A DNA stretch of 64,000 bases, from the NCBI RefSeq assembly GCF_006345805.1, contig NC_042997.1:75516001-75580000 (forward strand). The letters are read 5' to 3'. Below are positions 1 to 12,538 of the stretch, piece by piece. Each line of letters begins with the position of its first letter. Within the stretch, counting starts at the first letter, position 1. The translations under genes and the position numbers were made by a program. The DNA is from Octopus sinensis. Taxonomy: Eukaryota. The notes beneath the pieces were generated by a model. That model saw only the letters and a program-made list of their open reading frames with translations. It was not told where the DNA came from and did not search any database.

Positions 1-352
1 CTGCAGTCATGCTGGAGTACTGCATTTAGTCGAACAAATCAATCCCAGGATTTATTCTTTGTAAGTCTAGCACTTATTCTATTGGTCTCTTTTGCCGAAC
101 CGCTAAGTGACGGGGACATAAACACACCAGCATCGATTGTCAAGCAATGCTAGGGTGACAAACACACATACACATATATATACATATATACGACAGGCTT
201 CTTTCAGTTTCTGTCTACCAAATCCACTGACAAGGCATTGGTCAGCCCAGGGCTATAGCAGAAGACATTTGCCCAAGATGCCACGCAGTGGGACTGAACC
301 CGGAACCATGTGGTTGGTTAGCAAGCTACTTACCACACAGCCACTCCTGTGC
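1..352 (-). mobile_element. tRNA-derived SINE, cut by the window start
   Basis: Minus strand starts GGAGTGGCTGTGTGGTAAG...GGTTCAGTCCC (A/B-box-like), then a conserved core, a TA/CA tract and a tail. Homologous to 4298-4620 and 14812-15235. Confidence 0.85.
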
Positions 353-411
353 CTATGTTACGATTATATTATACTTTAGTTTGATTTTAATTATTACTTA
401 CTACATATAAT

Positions 412-684
412 TCAAATGTTATTATTATCTCTAATTTTTATTGTTAAAGTGAAAGTATCTGACATAAAATAGAGAAATGTTTTTGTTTCACGTTTTAACA
501 CGTAATACTGAAATAGTGGAGAAGATATGATATTGCTATGGGCTTGCCCTAGGCAAGAAGTTGAACATTTTTTTTGCCATGAAACTACACGGACCCTAAG
601 TAAGGCATGTGTAAAATTCAAATGAAATTGGTTGTGTAGTTCTCACATAGACAGACAGACACACATTCTCAGTTTTATATATAT
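412..684 (-). mobile_element. Non-autonomous Helitron-like 5' fragment
   Basis: Minus strand ATATATAAAACTGAGAATGTGTGTCTGTCTG...CTTAGGGTCC matches 3954-4074, which begins A|TCTATA. Confidence 0.55.
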
Positions 685-800
685 GGAGATGAGTGAAACT
701 CATTCAAGTAATAGCTGAAAACAGTATAATAAACATTCTAGAGTCTATCCCATCTATAATTAGTATTTGATGTCTCCTCCTTTTGCTTTAATAACTGCTT

Positions 801-1864
801 TTATACATTTTTGTGCATACTTGAGACTAAGTTGGTGCAAGTGGCTGGGTCAATTTTCTGCCACACTTCATAAATTTTGTCTTCTAATTCTCTTTTTGAA
901 AAACATTTGTGCATCCTTGCTCTTGTACCTGAGTGTGACTGCAACTGTTCAATGGGACTGAGATCTGGAAACTGAGGGGACCGTTTCATCACTGTCATCT
1001 CTTTCTCCTCAGACCAACCCATTGAGACTGGATGTATGGCATGTAAATTGTCATGAAAGATTACACCGTCTGGGATGTTATCGCTGTAAATTTTAGCTAA
1101 GGAAGGTTGATAAACTTGATCTAACATGCTGGTGTAAGTGTTGGAATTCATTGAACAAGGGAACAACATTTGTGGGCCTGAAGGTGACATGCAATCCCAA
1201 ACCATTGTGCTTCCTCCTCCAAATTTGATTGTTGGGGCCACACATCCAAGATGATAAGCTTCTCCAACTCTACAGTGAACATAAACAGCTCCAGGGGTTT
1301 CAAAGATCTGAGGAGAAAAACAAAAATTTACTGATTATTTTTGGTATCTAATAAAAAAATTTGTACACGTGTAAGAATTTCAATTATGCCTTGTAAAATG
1401 ACAGAAATGAAAGTGAAAACCTACCTGAAAGTTACTTTCATCAGACCGAACAACTCTAGCCCAATCATCATCAGTGCCAATCTTCATGCTCTTATGCCCA
1501 AGAAATCACTTATTCATAAACACCTCAGACAACAATGGCTTCTTTCTGGCCTTACATCCTTTGAACCCAGCTTCTAATAACCTTCTTCTCACAGTGTGAG
1601 TTGATATCCCCTTGTTTGTTGCCACCCGAAACTCAGCAGTTATGTCAGAGGTCGTCTTTTTCCTATCTGCCAGAGATGTCCTCTTCAGCAACCTGTCTTC
1701 CCTCATGGTTGTATACTATTTGTGACCTCGTCCTTTATGGTGTTTAGGACACATTTTCTCAAGTATTTCAATTTTCTTGCAATTTCAACTTGGGAGAATC
1801 CTTCACTGGATAATGCAATGATTTGAGCCCTTTGAACTTCAGGAATCTATTTCTTCAGAGACAT
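801..1864 (-). pseudogene. Tc1 transposase pseudogene (HTH + DD33/34E), two exons
   Basis: ATG at 1864. Motifs HTVRRRLLEAG..ARKKPLLS, WARVVRSDESNFQ, TIKFGGGSTMVW, IFHDN and PDLSPIE. Stops and frameshifts present. Confidence 0.85.
1309..1424 (-). other. 116-bp GT-AG intron in the Tc1 transposase
   Basis: Donor CAG|GTAGGT and acceptor TTTTTGTTTTTCTCCTCAG|ATC. Removal joins SDESNFQ to IFENP(G)AVYV, matching Tc1 SDESKF-x-FGxxG. Confidence 0.75.
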
Positions 1865-2623
1865 TTTCAACAAATATTAACTACTGATAAGTTAGCAATA
1901 TGATATTCACTGAAAGAATTGGAAAAAATGTTAGTGTCACACAATGAGTGGCAGAAAATTGACCCAGCCACTTGTGCCAACAAATTTCAAGTGTGTAATA
2001 GTGCATAAAAGCAGTTGTAAAGGCAAAGAAAAAAAAAAAGATACATCAAATACTAGTTATTGATGGGATAGACTCTAGATTGCTTGTTATACTGTTTTCA
2101 ATTATTGAGTTTCAATCATATTCTCTATTTTTTCATACCTGCTCCATAATTTTGGCCAGCGCTATATATCTGAACCTCTTTATTTCATTTTAGTTTTATT
2201 CTAGAATGATCCAGAGAGTACTGTATCCATCATTCTTGTTGGTCTATATAAATGTAATCACCATAATTTGAAACCACTTTGTTACCCGCCAATGCATGAA
2301 ACTCTCAGCCATTGAGTTACTCTGTTACTTCTGAAATTAATAAAACTGTGTGTGTGTGCCTTTAGAAGGTTATTTATGACCAGTCAGTGAGTAACAATTG
2401 GATTTGCATCTACAAGAGCTTAGCTGTATAGGTGACTCATCACACTCAAATGGGAGTCTGATGAATTGCCTATACATCTAAGCACTCATAGGTGCAAAAT
2501 CAATTGTCATTCTCTAATCCACCATAAACAAAAAAAGACACTCTAAAACATTAGAGCAATAGTATATTTATGCTACTGCTCTAATGTTTTAGTCTTTTTT
2601 TTTTTCAGATCTATAATCTACTG

Positions 2624-2659
<36 letters not shown>

Positions 2660-2719
2660 ATGTGTTGCTGAAAATGCACTTAAATTTCAAAAACTCGTGA
2701 ATGTTTAAAATACATTTAG

Positions 2720-3842
2720 TTTTTGTTTATCAATGGTAAAAGTGTAAAAACATCGTTATAGGTTTCAATGTGGACAAATCAAAATTAAATTAAAATATTT
2801 CAATGTTGATAAATTATCATGTTCAAAACAGAAGGTGTTAGTTTGAAATTAAAATTATATTAATTTGTTAGAATGTACAAGGTTCATTAATTTCAGTGGT
2901 GGTGGACAAGTCATACTGAAAGAAATTGAGAATTGAAATAGTAAAAGAAAGGGGAAATTGCGGTTTCTCAGATCTTTAAACAGTCGGTTCTGCATGTAAT
3001 GGTATGTTTTAGGGAAAGATGTATTTATAAATTTTTTTCTCCAAGTGGATCTGATTTTGATTCTCTAAAAAATTGATGATGTTTTTCTTCTGTGGTCAAG
3101 CTTGTCATTCTGCTTGGTTGGTTTCTTTGCAGGATACGGTTATAGGTCATTCCGGTTGGTTGATTTTCTTAAAGAGTCTTTTTGTTGTATTTGTTGAAGT
3201 TCGGTTTCGATTAGTTTATATTTTTTAATCAGCTAAATTAACCACAGCTAAATATCCTTTAGTAAGAAGAAAAAGCAGTATAAAGAAGAGAAAAAACACC
3301 TAATTTCAACACAAAGAACAATAAAACTTTATTAACAATCTTCCACCCAGGTTTCGAAACCACAGCTCCAATTCACCACATAAATATAAGATGCTGACGT
3401 CACATAATTTCAAACCAATCTAAACAGAACTTCAACAAATACCACAATAAAACCCTTTAAGAAAACCAACCAACCATGTCCTGCAAAGAAACCAACCAAG
3501 CAGAACGACAAGCTTGAACACAGAAGAAAAACATCATCAATTTTTTAATGAAGCAAAATCAGATCCGCTCGCAGAAAAAAAATTTATAAATGCATCTTTC
3601 CTTAAAACATACCATTACATGTGGAACCAACTGTTTAAAGATCTGAGAAACCGTAATTTCCCCCTTTTTTTACTATTTCAATTCTCAGTTTTTTTTCAGT
3701 ATGACTTGTCGACCACCACTGAAATTGATGAACCTTCAACATGATAATTTATCAACATTGAAATATTATAATTTAATTTTGATTTGTCCACATTGAAACT
3801 TATAACGATGTTTTTACACTTTTACCATTGATAAACAAAAAA
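2720..3842. repeat. Fold-back: ~430-500 bp inverted arms with ~190 bp spacer
   Basis: 2720-3217 is the reverse complement of 3410-3842, with a ~55 bp indel. An ~85 bp tandem duplicate of the outer end extends to ~3930. Confidence 0.85.
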
Positions 3843-3953
3843 TATTGAAATATTTTAATTTAATTTTGATTTGTCCACATTGAAACTTATAATGATGTTT
3901 TTACACTTTTACCATTGATAAGCAAAAAATATTGTTGAAATTAGTTTGGTACA

Positions 3954-4074
3954 TCTATAAATATAAAACTGAGAATGTGTGTCTATCTGTCTGTGTGAAT
4001 CCCTAAAACTTGAGAACTACGCAACCAATTTCATTCAAATTTTACACATGCCTTACTTAGGGTCCATGTAGTAT
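3954..4074 (+). mobile_element. Helitron-like 5' fragment
   Basis: Begins A|TCTATAAATATAAAACTGAG. Homologous to 412-684 on the minus strand. Confidence 0.55.
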
Positions 4075-4143
4075 ACTTTGATACTTTGATAGGTTTCGGC
4101 CATTATTGGCCCAGGCCATGTCTAACTTAATAGCACCACCTTG
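4075..4143 (-). mobile_element. 69-bp mini-element, copy 1
   Basis: 68/69 identical to 46516-46584 in opposite orientation. Flanked by GTAT on both sides (4071-4074, 4144-4147). Confidence 0.75.
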
Positions 4144-4297
4144 GTATATGTATAGATGTATTTCTATAGATATACATGTATGTTTAGATGTATATATATA
4201 GAGATGTACATGTAATATGTACGCATATATATATATATATATATACACATATATATATGCATACATTTATACACCCATACACACACACACACACATA

Positions 4298-4620
4298 CAT
4301 AGGTGCAGGTGTAGCTGTGTGGTAACAAACTTGGTTCCAAAACACATGGTCCTCAGTTCAGTCCCACTGTGTGGTAACTTGGCATGTCTTCTGCTATAGC
4401 CCCAGACCAACCAAAGCCTTGTCAGTGGATTTTGTAGACAGAAACTGAAAGAAATCAATTGTATGTATATGTATATATGTAAGTCTATGTGTGTGTCTTT
4501 GTGTTTCTCCCTCATCACTGCTTCATAACTGGTGTTTGTTTATTTACATCCCTATAACTTACTGGTTTCACAAGAAGAAACTGATAGAATAAGTACCAGG
4601 CTTATCAAAATATAAAAAAG
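4298..4620 (+). mobile_element. tRNA-derived SINE
   Basis: Same head and core as 1-352 and 14812-15235. Confidence 0.75.
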
Positions 4621-4698
4621 CAGTACGCAGTGTCTCATATTTTTTTTGCCCACTCAGTTGTATCTATCAATTTATCTTTTTGTGTGTGTATGTGTATA

Positions 4699-6257
4699 CA
4701 AAAAGAAAGGTGACCATGGTGATTGTAACAATTACCATGGAATATGTCTTCTAAGCACTGTTGGAAAGGCCTTTGCTCACATTATCCTGTCCAGGCTGCA
4801 ACTGCTTGCTTCTCAAATTTATCCAGAATCGCAGTGTGGCTTTAGAAGAAGCATATCAACTATTGACATGATATTCTCCATACACCAGGAGAAGTCCAGT
4901 GAGCAGAAAATGCTATTATATATGGCCTTCATTGATCTGACAAAGGCCTTTGACTTGGTAAGTAGAAAAGGCCTCTCCATCCTGCTCCAAAAAATTGGAT
5001 GTCCACGAAAGCTGCTGAGGGTCATAAAATCTTTCCATGATGATATGCAAGGCACCATACAGCACAATGGTTCAACATCAGCCGCCTTCCAAATAAAAAA
5101 TGGGGTAAAGCAAGGTTGTGTCCTGGCTCCTACATTATTTGGCATCTTCTCACTGCTGCTGTCACATGCCTTTGGACATCAGATGATGGAGTGTTTCTAC
5201 ACAGTAGAAGTGATGGGAAACTGTTCAATCTCTCGTGTCTGTGTGCCAAGACCAAAATCAGAAGTGTCCTGATCAAGGAGATGCTATTTGCTGATGATGC
5301 CGCTCTGGTATCACACAGAGAAGAAGCCCTACAAAGGCTCATCAACTGTTTTGAGCAAGCATGTGGCAACTTTGGCTTAGTTATCAGCCTGAAGAAGACC
5401 AACATCATGGGTTAGGCTACATCGAACATCACAAACATACATATTGGAGGCCTACAGGAGGTGGAGAAGTTTACCTATCTTGGCTCTACTGTCACCTACA
5501 ACCTATCCCTTGATTCTGAGCTCAATATACGCATTGGCAAGGCAGCTACTGTGATAGCCCAACTCTCCAAACGGGCATGGGACAACAATAAGCTGACCAA
5601 GACCACAAAAATTAAGATTTACCAGGCATGTGTACTTCGCACTCTACTGTATGGAAGTGAGACTTGGACACCATACACACGCCAAGAGCATCGCCTAAAT
5701 ATCTTTCACCTGTGCTGCCTCCAGAAAGTCCTTTGCATCAAATGGCAGAATCATGTCCCCAACAAAGATGTCCTCAAGCAAGCAGGAATACCAAGCATGT
5801 TTGCACTCCTCACACTAGGACGTATGAGATGGCTTCGACACGTTAGCCGTATGGAAGATGGCAGAATCCCCAAGGACATACTCAACGGAGAGCTTGCTAG
5901 GGGCACTAGGTCTGTGGGAAGACCATTCTTACAATACAAGGATGTTTGCAAAAGGGACATGAATGCCTGCAACATCAATATTACCAACTGGGAAGCAGTT
6001 GCCAGCAACTGTGGAGATTGGCGACGTACCGTAAAAGAGGGAACAGGAAAAGACGTCAACAAGAAACTATGACATTACAACCAGCCAGGCAAAGTCTTCA
6101 CTACATTTGCGGCACCTGCCAGAGGGAGTGTTTGTCCAGGATAGGACTACACAGCCACAGCAGGAGATGTATTAGGACATGAAATGTAAAAGCCGAACTA
6201 GATTATTTTATGCGCAACTCCATTGTCTCCTGAGACAAAAAGGATGCCAACAACAAT
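4699..6257 (+). mobile_element. 5'-truncated RTE-clade LINE (BovB-like), decayed RT
   Basis: Motifs YPESQCGFRR, AFIDLTKAFD, GVKQGCVLAP, LFADD, FTYLGS, LLYGSETW and RWLRHVSRMEDGRIPK. 3' end ...GGATGCCAACAACAA. Confidence 0.9.
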
Positions 6258-6262
6258 ATATA

Positions 6263-6533
6263 TGGATTTCGTAGACAGGAACTGAAACAAATCAATCGTA
6301 TATATATGTATACATGTAAGTCTATGTGTGTGTCTTTTCGTTTCTCCCTCATCACTGCTTCACAACTACTGTTCATTTATTTACATCCACATAACTTACT
6401 GGTTTCACAAGAACAAACTAATAGAATAAGTACCAGGCTTATCAACATAAAAAAAAGCACTAGGCTGTGTCTCATATTATTGTTTGCCCACTCAGTTGTA
6501 TCCATCAATTTATCTTTGTGTGTGTGTGTATAT
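6263..6533 (+). repeat. ~270-bp direct duplicate of 4426-4698 flanking the RTE
   Basis: Co-linear match of roughly 85% by eye, including non-SINE flank (GTGTCTCATAT...GCCCACTCAGTTGTATC). Confidence 0.8.
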
Positions 6534-7899
6534 CTATATCTATGTCACCCTAATGGAAGCCTTAACTCCCAGATTTTAGTCATTTCTTTTATGATCCAAA
6601 ACTAAGTCAAAAGTACTGAATGGATCTTTATGAAATTTGGAAATTATATTCTATGCATAAGGGCCATAACCCCCATGACAATTCATATATTTTTGCTGCT
6701 GATGAAATTTTAATCATAGATATTAGACACAAATGAAGTAATATTTATAAAATTTCATCTTCTTACAAGTCAGAAAAACCCCTCCATGGGGACTTGTCAT
6801 TTTATCTAAGCAAAAACGAATGCAGTTGTGCTCTTGGAAGCTGTAGGGTTACCCGAGCATAGAAGTTGAGCATTATTTCTACTTCAATGGTACAACAGTG
6901 TAACAGTTTGCTTTGACATACACTTACATTGTGATTTCTGCAATGTGGTGCATAAATTGTCAAGTAAATGAGAGGCATCTTTGCCTCCACTGATTCAGTT
7001 GCAAAGTGTTGAGTAAAGTTATTTCATTGCAGACCTTTCAGTCTTTTTATTATCACTGGATCACACATAGTCCCCAGACGGTAACATTGATTTCAATGCC
7101 TTCCCAGATGAGTGACTGGTTATTCAAAGACATTTATAGATTGTAAATTTATTCTGTCCAGTTACGTATCAGTATAGTCGTCATTTGCAAACTCCAGAGG
7201 TGACACTTTAATTTCTCCTTAGCCTTCATGTCACACAGTTGTTAATGTTTATTTCAGTTGGGTTACACCCTTCCAATTGCTATAGATTCGTAATGCATCT
7301 TACAGCTGTGCCTGTCACCTGGATGGTGAGGAATCCTACATTGGGAGTGGTAACAACTAGGGTAGGGTAACTGACTGCTTATTCATCTTTGCTCTCTTTT
7401 ACAAACCCAGTGAACATATATTTCCTATTTCAAAGAAATTCAAACAATAGATATATGACCCAAGTTAAAAAGATTCTCAACAATTCAACTTCTCTGGTTG
7501 ACATTAAGATGCCCACCCCCAACAGGGGCCTTAACTCTCACATTTTAAAGTTCCATGACCTTCATTTTTCAGAAGCAAAAATGTTCAGATAAGCAATCTT
7601 GTTTTTTAGCCTAGTACATCTAAACCTTTCTTTTATCAGTTCATTTCATTATTCTATTTCATTTTCTATGTAAACACAGTTTTGTTTTCCACGCTGTATG
7701 TTTTAAAAAAAGGAAGCTTAAGATCACTTCACTCAATCCAACTCTCCCTCTTTCTTCCTCCCTTTCACACTCATTTATTATTATCACTTATTCATTCATT
7801 TATCTAATTTTGTCACAGTTTGGCTGATTGAAAATTCTTGGTTATTGCTCTAGTTAAGACTTTCAAATGCCGAATTCTATCTCATTATATCATAATATT

Positions 7900-9900
7900 C
7901 TCTTTTGGCTGTTTCACGGTGCGCCTGCCCTCACGACCTTCACCACCTGTACTGGAAGTCTCTATCTTCTGACCTCAATCAGATGTCTCTCCCATAAACA
8001 CTTCTAAAGGCTTAATGTACCCCCTTTTCTACTTAGGGTTTATCTCCTATGTAATGTAGTGATAATGATGGTATAGTGTATGCAGTTTGAAGGCTATTGT
8101 ATGTTCATGAGTTCTGCCAAATGTGAGCTTTCTTTTCAAGTACATGACACTGCTGACCCCCATCCCAGGGTCTCATGGGCCCACATCTCTCATGCCCTCA
8201 GGGTTGGCACACTGAAAGGTAAGTCTGGTGAGATTGTTGAGATGCTTGAGCGGAAATGTGTAGATTTGTGCTGCATCCAAGAAGGAAGGTGTAGAGGAGC
8301 TTCTGCTAGGTTCCTCACAAGCAAAGAACATAGGTATAAGATTTTCTGAGCAGGGAGCCCTGACGGGTCGGGGGCAAGGTATACTTCTTGCAGAGAAATG
8401 GGTTGATAAAGTAATTGAGGTAGTCCATCTGTGATAGAATACTTAAGATTACATTAGTGCTGCAACATGGGTTAGCAACCATTATCTCAGCCTATGCCTC
8501 TAGCCAGGGCTACCTGATGAACAGAAATACTAATTTTATGACACCCTCTTGCTGACTACCTCAAGGATGTACATGGATGCTGTCATTAAGGTGAGGGTTG
8601 GAAATGAGTACTGTGAAGAATTCTGGGTAGGGGTAAAGGTCCACCAATGATCAGTCCTCAGGCCCTCTTATTCATCATAATTCTCCAGGCAATAACAGGG
8701 GAGGTTCTCTAATAGCTGAGTCACAAACAGAACTAGAGGAGAAGTTTCAGGCGTGGAAGCAAAGTCTAGAATTGAAGGGCTTTAGAGTCAACCTAGCAAA
8801 AACCAAAGTCTTAGTAAGTAGGAAGGCAAACAAATCACAAATCACTTCAAAAGTAGTTGATAGCTTCCATTACCAAGGTGACAAAGTCAGTAGTTGGGAT
8901 GAATGCTCTGAAAGTGTAGCTACTGCAGGAAGAATAGCCTAGGCAAAGTTCAGAGAGCTCCTACCTCTGCTGGTGACAAAGAGTAAAAGGTAGACTGTAT
9001 GACGCATGTGTGTGAACAGTCATGCTACATGACAGTGAAACATGGGCAGTGACTGTTGAGGACATGCGTAAGCTTTCAAGGAATGAAGCCAGTATGCTCC
9101 GCTGGATGTGTAATGTCAGTGTGCATATACAACAGAGTACACTCTGTTGTATATGCGCCCTGAGAGAAAAGTTGGACTTAAGAAGCATCAGAAGTTGTGT
9201 ACAAGAGAGACGACTGTGCTGGTATGGTCATGTGTTGTGAATGGATGAGGACAGCTGTGTGAAAAAGTGTCATGCCCTAGCAGTAGAAGGAACCAGTGAA
9301 GAGGTAGACGCAGGATGACCTAGGATGACGTGGTGAAGCATGACCTTCAAACATTGGGCCTCAGTGAGGCAATGACAAGTGACCAAGACCTTTGGAGATA
9401 TGCTGTGCTTGAGAAGTCCCGGCAAGCCAAGTAAGACCATAACTGTGGCCTATACCAGTGCAGCATAACCAGCCCATGTAAGATTACCCTTCAATCATTG
9501 GGCAATAAACTGCACTTGCAAAGACCTGTTGAAGCAAGTAAAATTGCTGTCATGGCCGATGACAGTACCACCTGATTGGCACCTCTGCCAGTGGCATGTT
9601 AAAAGCACCATTTGAGCATGATCGTTGCCAGTTGCCCGTAAAAAGCACCATTCAAGCATGGTCATTGCCAGTGCTGCCTGACTGGCTCCTATGTTCATGG
9701 CACGTAAACAGCACCATTTGAGCATTGTTGATGCCAGTACTGCCTGACTGGCCTTCATGCTGGTGGCATGTAAAAAGCTCCCACTATAATCTCGGATTGG
9801 TTAGCAGATCAGATTGTAGCCTGATGCAGCCTTCTGGCTCGCCAGCCCTCAATCAAAGCATCCACCTGCCAGCATGGAACATGGACGATAAACAATGAGG
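7900..9900 (+). mobile_element. Internally deleted RTE LINE, same family as 23194-29881
   Basis: RVGTLKGKSGEIVEMLERKCVDLCC and MLHDSETWAVTVED. The 5'UTR piece and repetitive 3'UTR match the intact copy. Confidence 0.85.
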
Positions 9901-9909
9901 ATGATATAT

Positions 9910-10350
9910 ATAGTATGTAGGTATATATATATATATATATATATTATAATATTATAGATATTATATATATAATATATATATATTTAATTAATATATATAT
10001 ATATAATATATTTATATATATAGTATATATAGATATAATTATATTATATATATATATTTATATATATATATATTATTTATATATAATATATATATTTAAT
10101 ATATTATATATATATATATATGTATATATATATAATATATATTTATAGTCTATATATATATTTTATATATATAGATAGATATTTTATATATATATATATA
10201 TTTATATATATCTAATATTTATATATATAGATATATATATTTATATATATAGATATTATTTATATACTATCTATATTTATATATATATATATTTATATAT
10301 ATTTATATATATATATATTTATAGATATATATATTTATATATATATATAG

Positions 10351-10381
<31 letters not shown>

Positions 10382-10452
10382 TTTATATATATAATTTATT
10401 ATATATATATATTTTATATATATATAGAATAGTTATATATATATATATATAT

Positions 10453-10514
<62 letters not shown>

Positions 10515-10560
10515 ATATATATAGTATATATATTTTAGATATATATATATATATATATTT

Positions 10561-10595
<35 letters not shown>

Positions 10596-10645
10596 ATACC
10601 TATAGTATATTATAATATATATTTATATATATATATATATAGATA

Positions 10646-10684
<39 letters not shown>

Positions 10685-11105
10685 TATATATATATTTATA
10701 TATATATAGATATATATATATATATATATATATTATATTTATAATATATATATATATATATCTATATATATATATATATCTATTTATATAATTATATCTA
10801 TATATATATATATTATATATTTATATATAATAGATATATATATATATAATATTATATATATATATTATATATATTTATTATATATATATAATATATAAAT
10901 TTATATATATATATACGTGATATAATATATATATATTTATATATATATATATATATATATATTATATTATATATATTATATTATATAATATTTATATAAT
11001 ATATTTATATATATATAATTTTATATATAGATATATATATATTTATATGATATAGTATTGATATATTATATATTTATATATATATATATCGATTTATATA
11101 TATAA

Positions 11106-11149
<44 letters not shown>

Positions 11150-11299
11150 ATATATATAATATAGATATATATATATATATATATATTATTATATATATAA
11201 TATATATATTAATATAATATATTATATATATATATATATTATATATTTATATTTATATATTTATATTATATATATTTATATTATATATAGATATTTAAT

Positions 11300-11330
<31 letters not shown>

Positions 11331-11363
11331 GATATATATATTTATATATATATATATATATTT

Positions 11364-11395
<32 letters not shown>

Positions 11396-11449
11396 TATAT
11401 ATATATATATAGAGATATATATTAATATTATATATATATAATATATTTA

Positions 11450-11480
<31 letters not shown>

Positions 11481-11486
11481 ATTTTA
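9910..11486. repeat. ~1.6 kb imperfect (TA)n microsatellite
   Basis: Seen directly in the sequence. Confidence 0.98.
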
Positions 11487-11664
11487 GATAAAACAAAGAT
11501 AAATGCGATACAAAAAAAAACAATAATTATTTAATCGCCGGTGTACCAGTACACGCCATATATTATACATATATCATTACATTCAAGGCGAAGAGTGTAC
11601 TAGATACACAATAGCTGGATAAATTTCGTGAGATGAGGTTTAAAAACATTTACAACTTAACTTT

Positions 11665-11737
11665 TCTTATACTGCAGTTTCCGCCAAAATTCAGTAATAA
11701 ATAGTATTTATTTACTCAGGCTGGCTCTTCAGTAAGA
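11665..11737 (-). ncRNA. Type I hammerhead ribozyme, unit 1
   Basis: TCTTA-CTGAAGA-GCCA..TGGC-G-GAA-ACTGCAGT-A-TAAGA. One extra G before GAAA, possibly a sequencing error. Confidence 0.75.
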
Positions 11738-12065
11738 TTCCTGTTAATGATGGAAAGACCATACCAATAGATCCATGTGCTTCTATCGAATGCTCTTTCT
11801 AAACTATTCAAAACACTGCGCAGACTCCAACACACCCGACCAAATAGGGGATTGTGGTATATCGTCTAGCGGTCAGAAATTTATCGAGAGAATATGTAAC
11901 AAAGATAAATGCGATACAATAAAATTAATTATAATCGCCGGTGTACCAGTACACGCCATATATTATACATATATCATTACATTCAAGGCGAAGAGTGTAC
12001 TAGATACACAATAGCGGGATAAATTTCGTGAGATGAGGTTTAAAAACATTTACAAACTTAACTTT

Positions 12066-12139
12066 TCTTATACTGCAGTTTCGCCCAAAATCAGTAATAA
12101 AAATAGTATTTATTTACTCAGGCTGGCTCTTCAGTAAGA
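12066..12139 (-). ncRNA. Type I hammerhead ribozyme, unit 2
   Basis: TCTTA-CTGAAGA-GCC..GGC-GAA-ACTGCAGT-A-TAAGA. Confidence 0.82.
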
Positions 12140-12464
12140 TTCCTGTTAATGATGGAAAGACCATACCAATAGATCCATGTGCTTCTATCGAAATGCTCTT
12201 TCTAACTATTCAAAACACTGCGCAGACTCCGAACAAACCCGACAAAATAGGGGATTGTGGTATAGCGTCTAGCGTCAGAAATTTATCGAGAGAATATGTA
12301 AACAAAGATAATGCGATACAATAAATTAATTATAATCGCCGGTGTACCAGTACACGCCATATATTAACATATATCATTACATTCAAGGCGAAGAGTGTAC
12401 TAGATACACATAGCTGGAAAAATTTCGTGAGATGAGGTTTAAAAACATTTACAAACTTAACTTT

Positions 12465-12538
12465 TCTTATACTGCAGTTTCGCCAAAATTCAGTAATAAA
12501 AATAGTATTTATTTACTCAGGCTGGCTCTTCAGTAAGA
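12465..12538 (-). ncRNA. Type I hammerhead ribozyme, unit 3
   Basis: 5-bp stem I (TCTTA/TAAGA), core CTGAAGA, stem II GCCA/TGGC, GAA, palindromic stem III ACTGCAGT, GUA cleavage triplet. Confidence 0.88.

Larger units (their letters stand above)
691..2164 (-). mobile_element. Tc1-like DNA transposon with long TIRs, decayed
   Basis: ~693-866 is the reverse complement of ~1946-2128. The right end reads TA-TAGCGCTGGCCAAAATTATGG on the minus strand. The left TIR is clipped next to the Helitron-like fragment. Confidence 0.85.
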
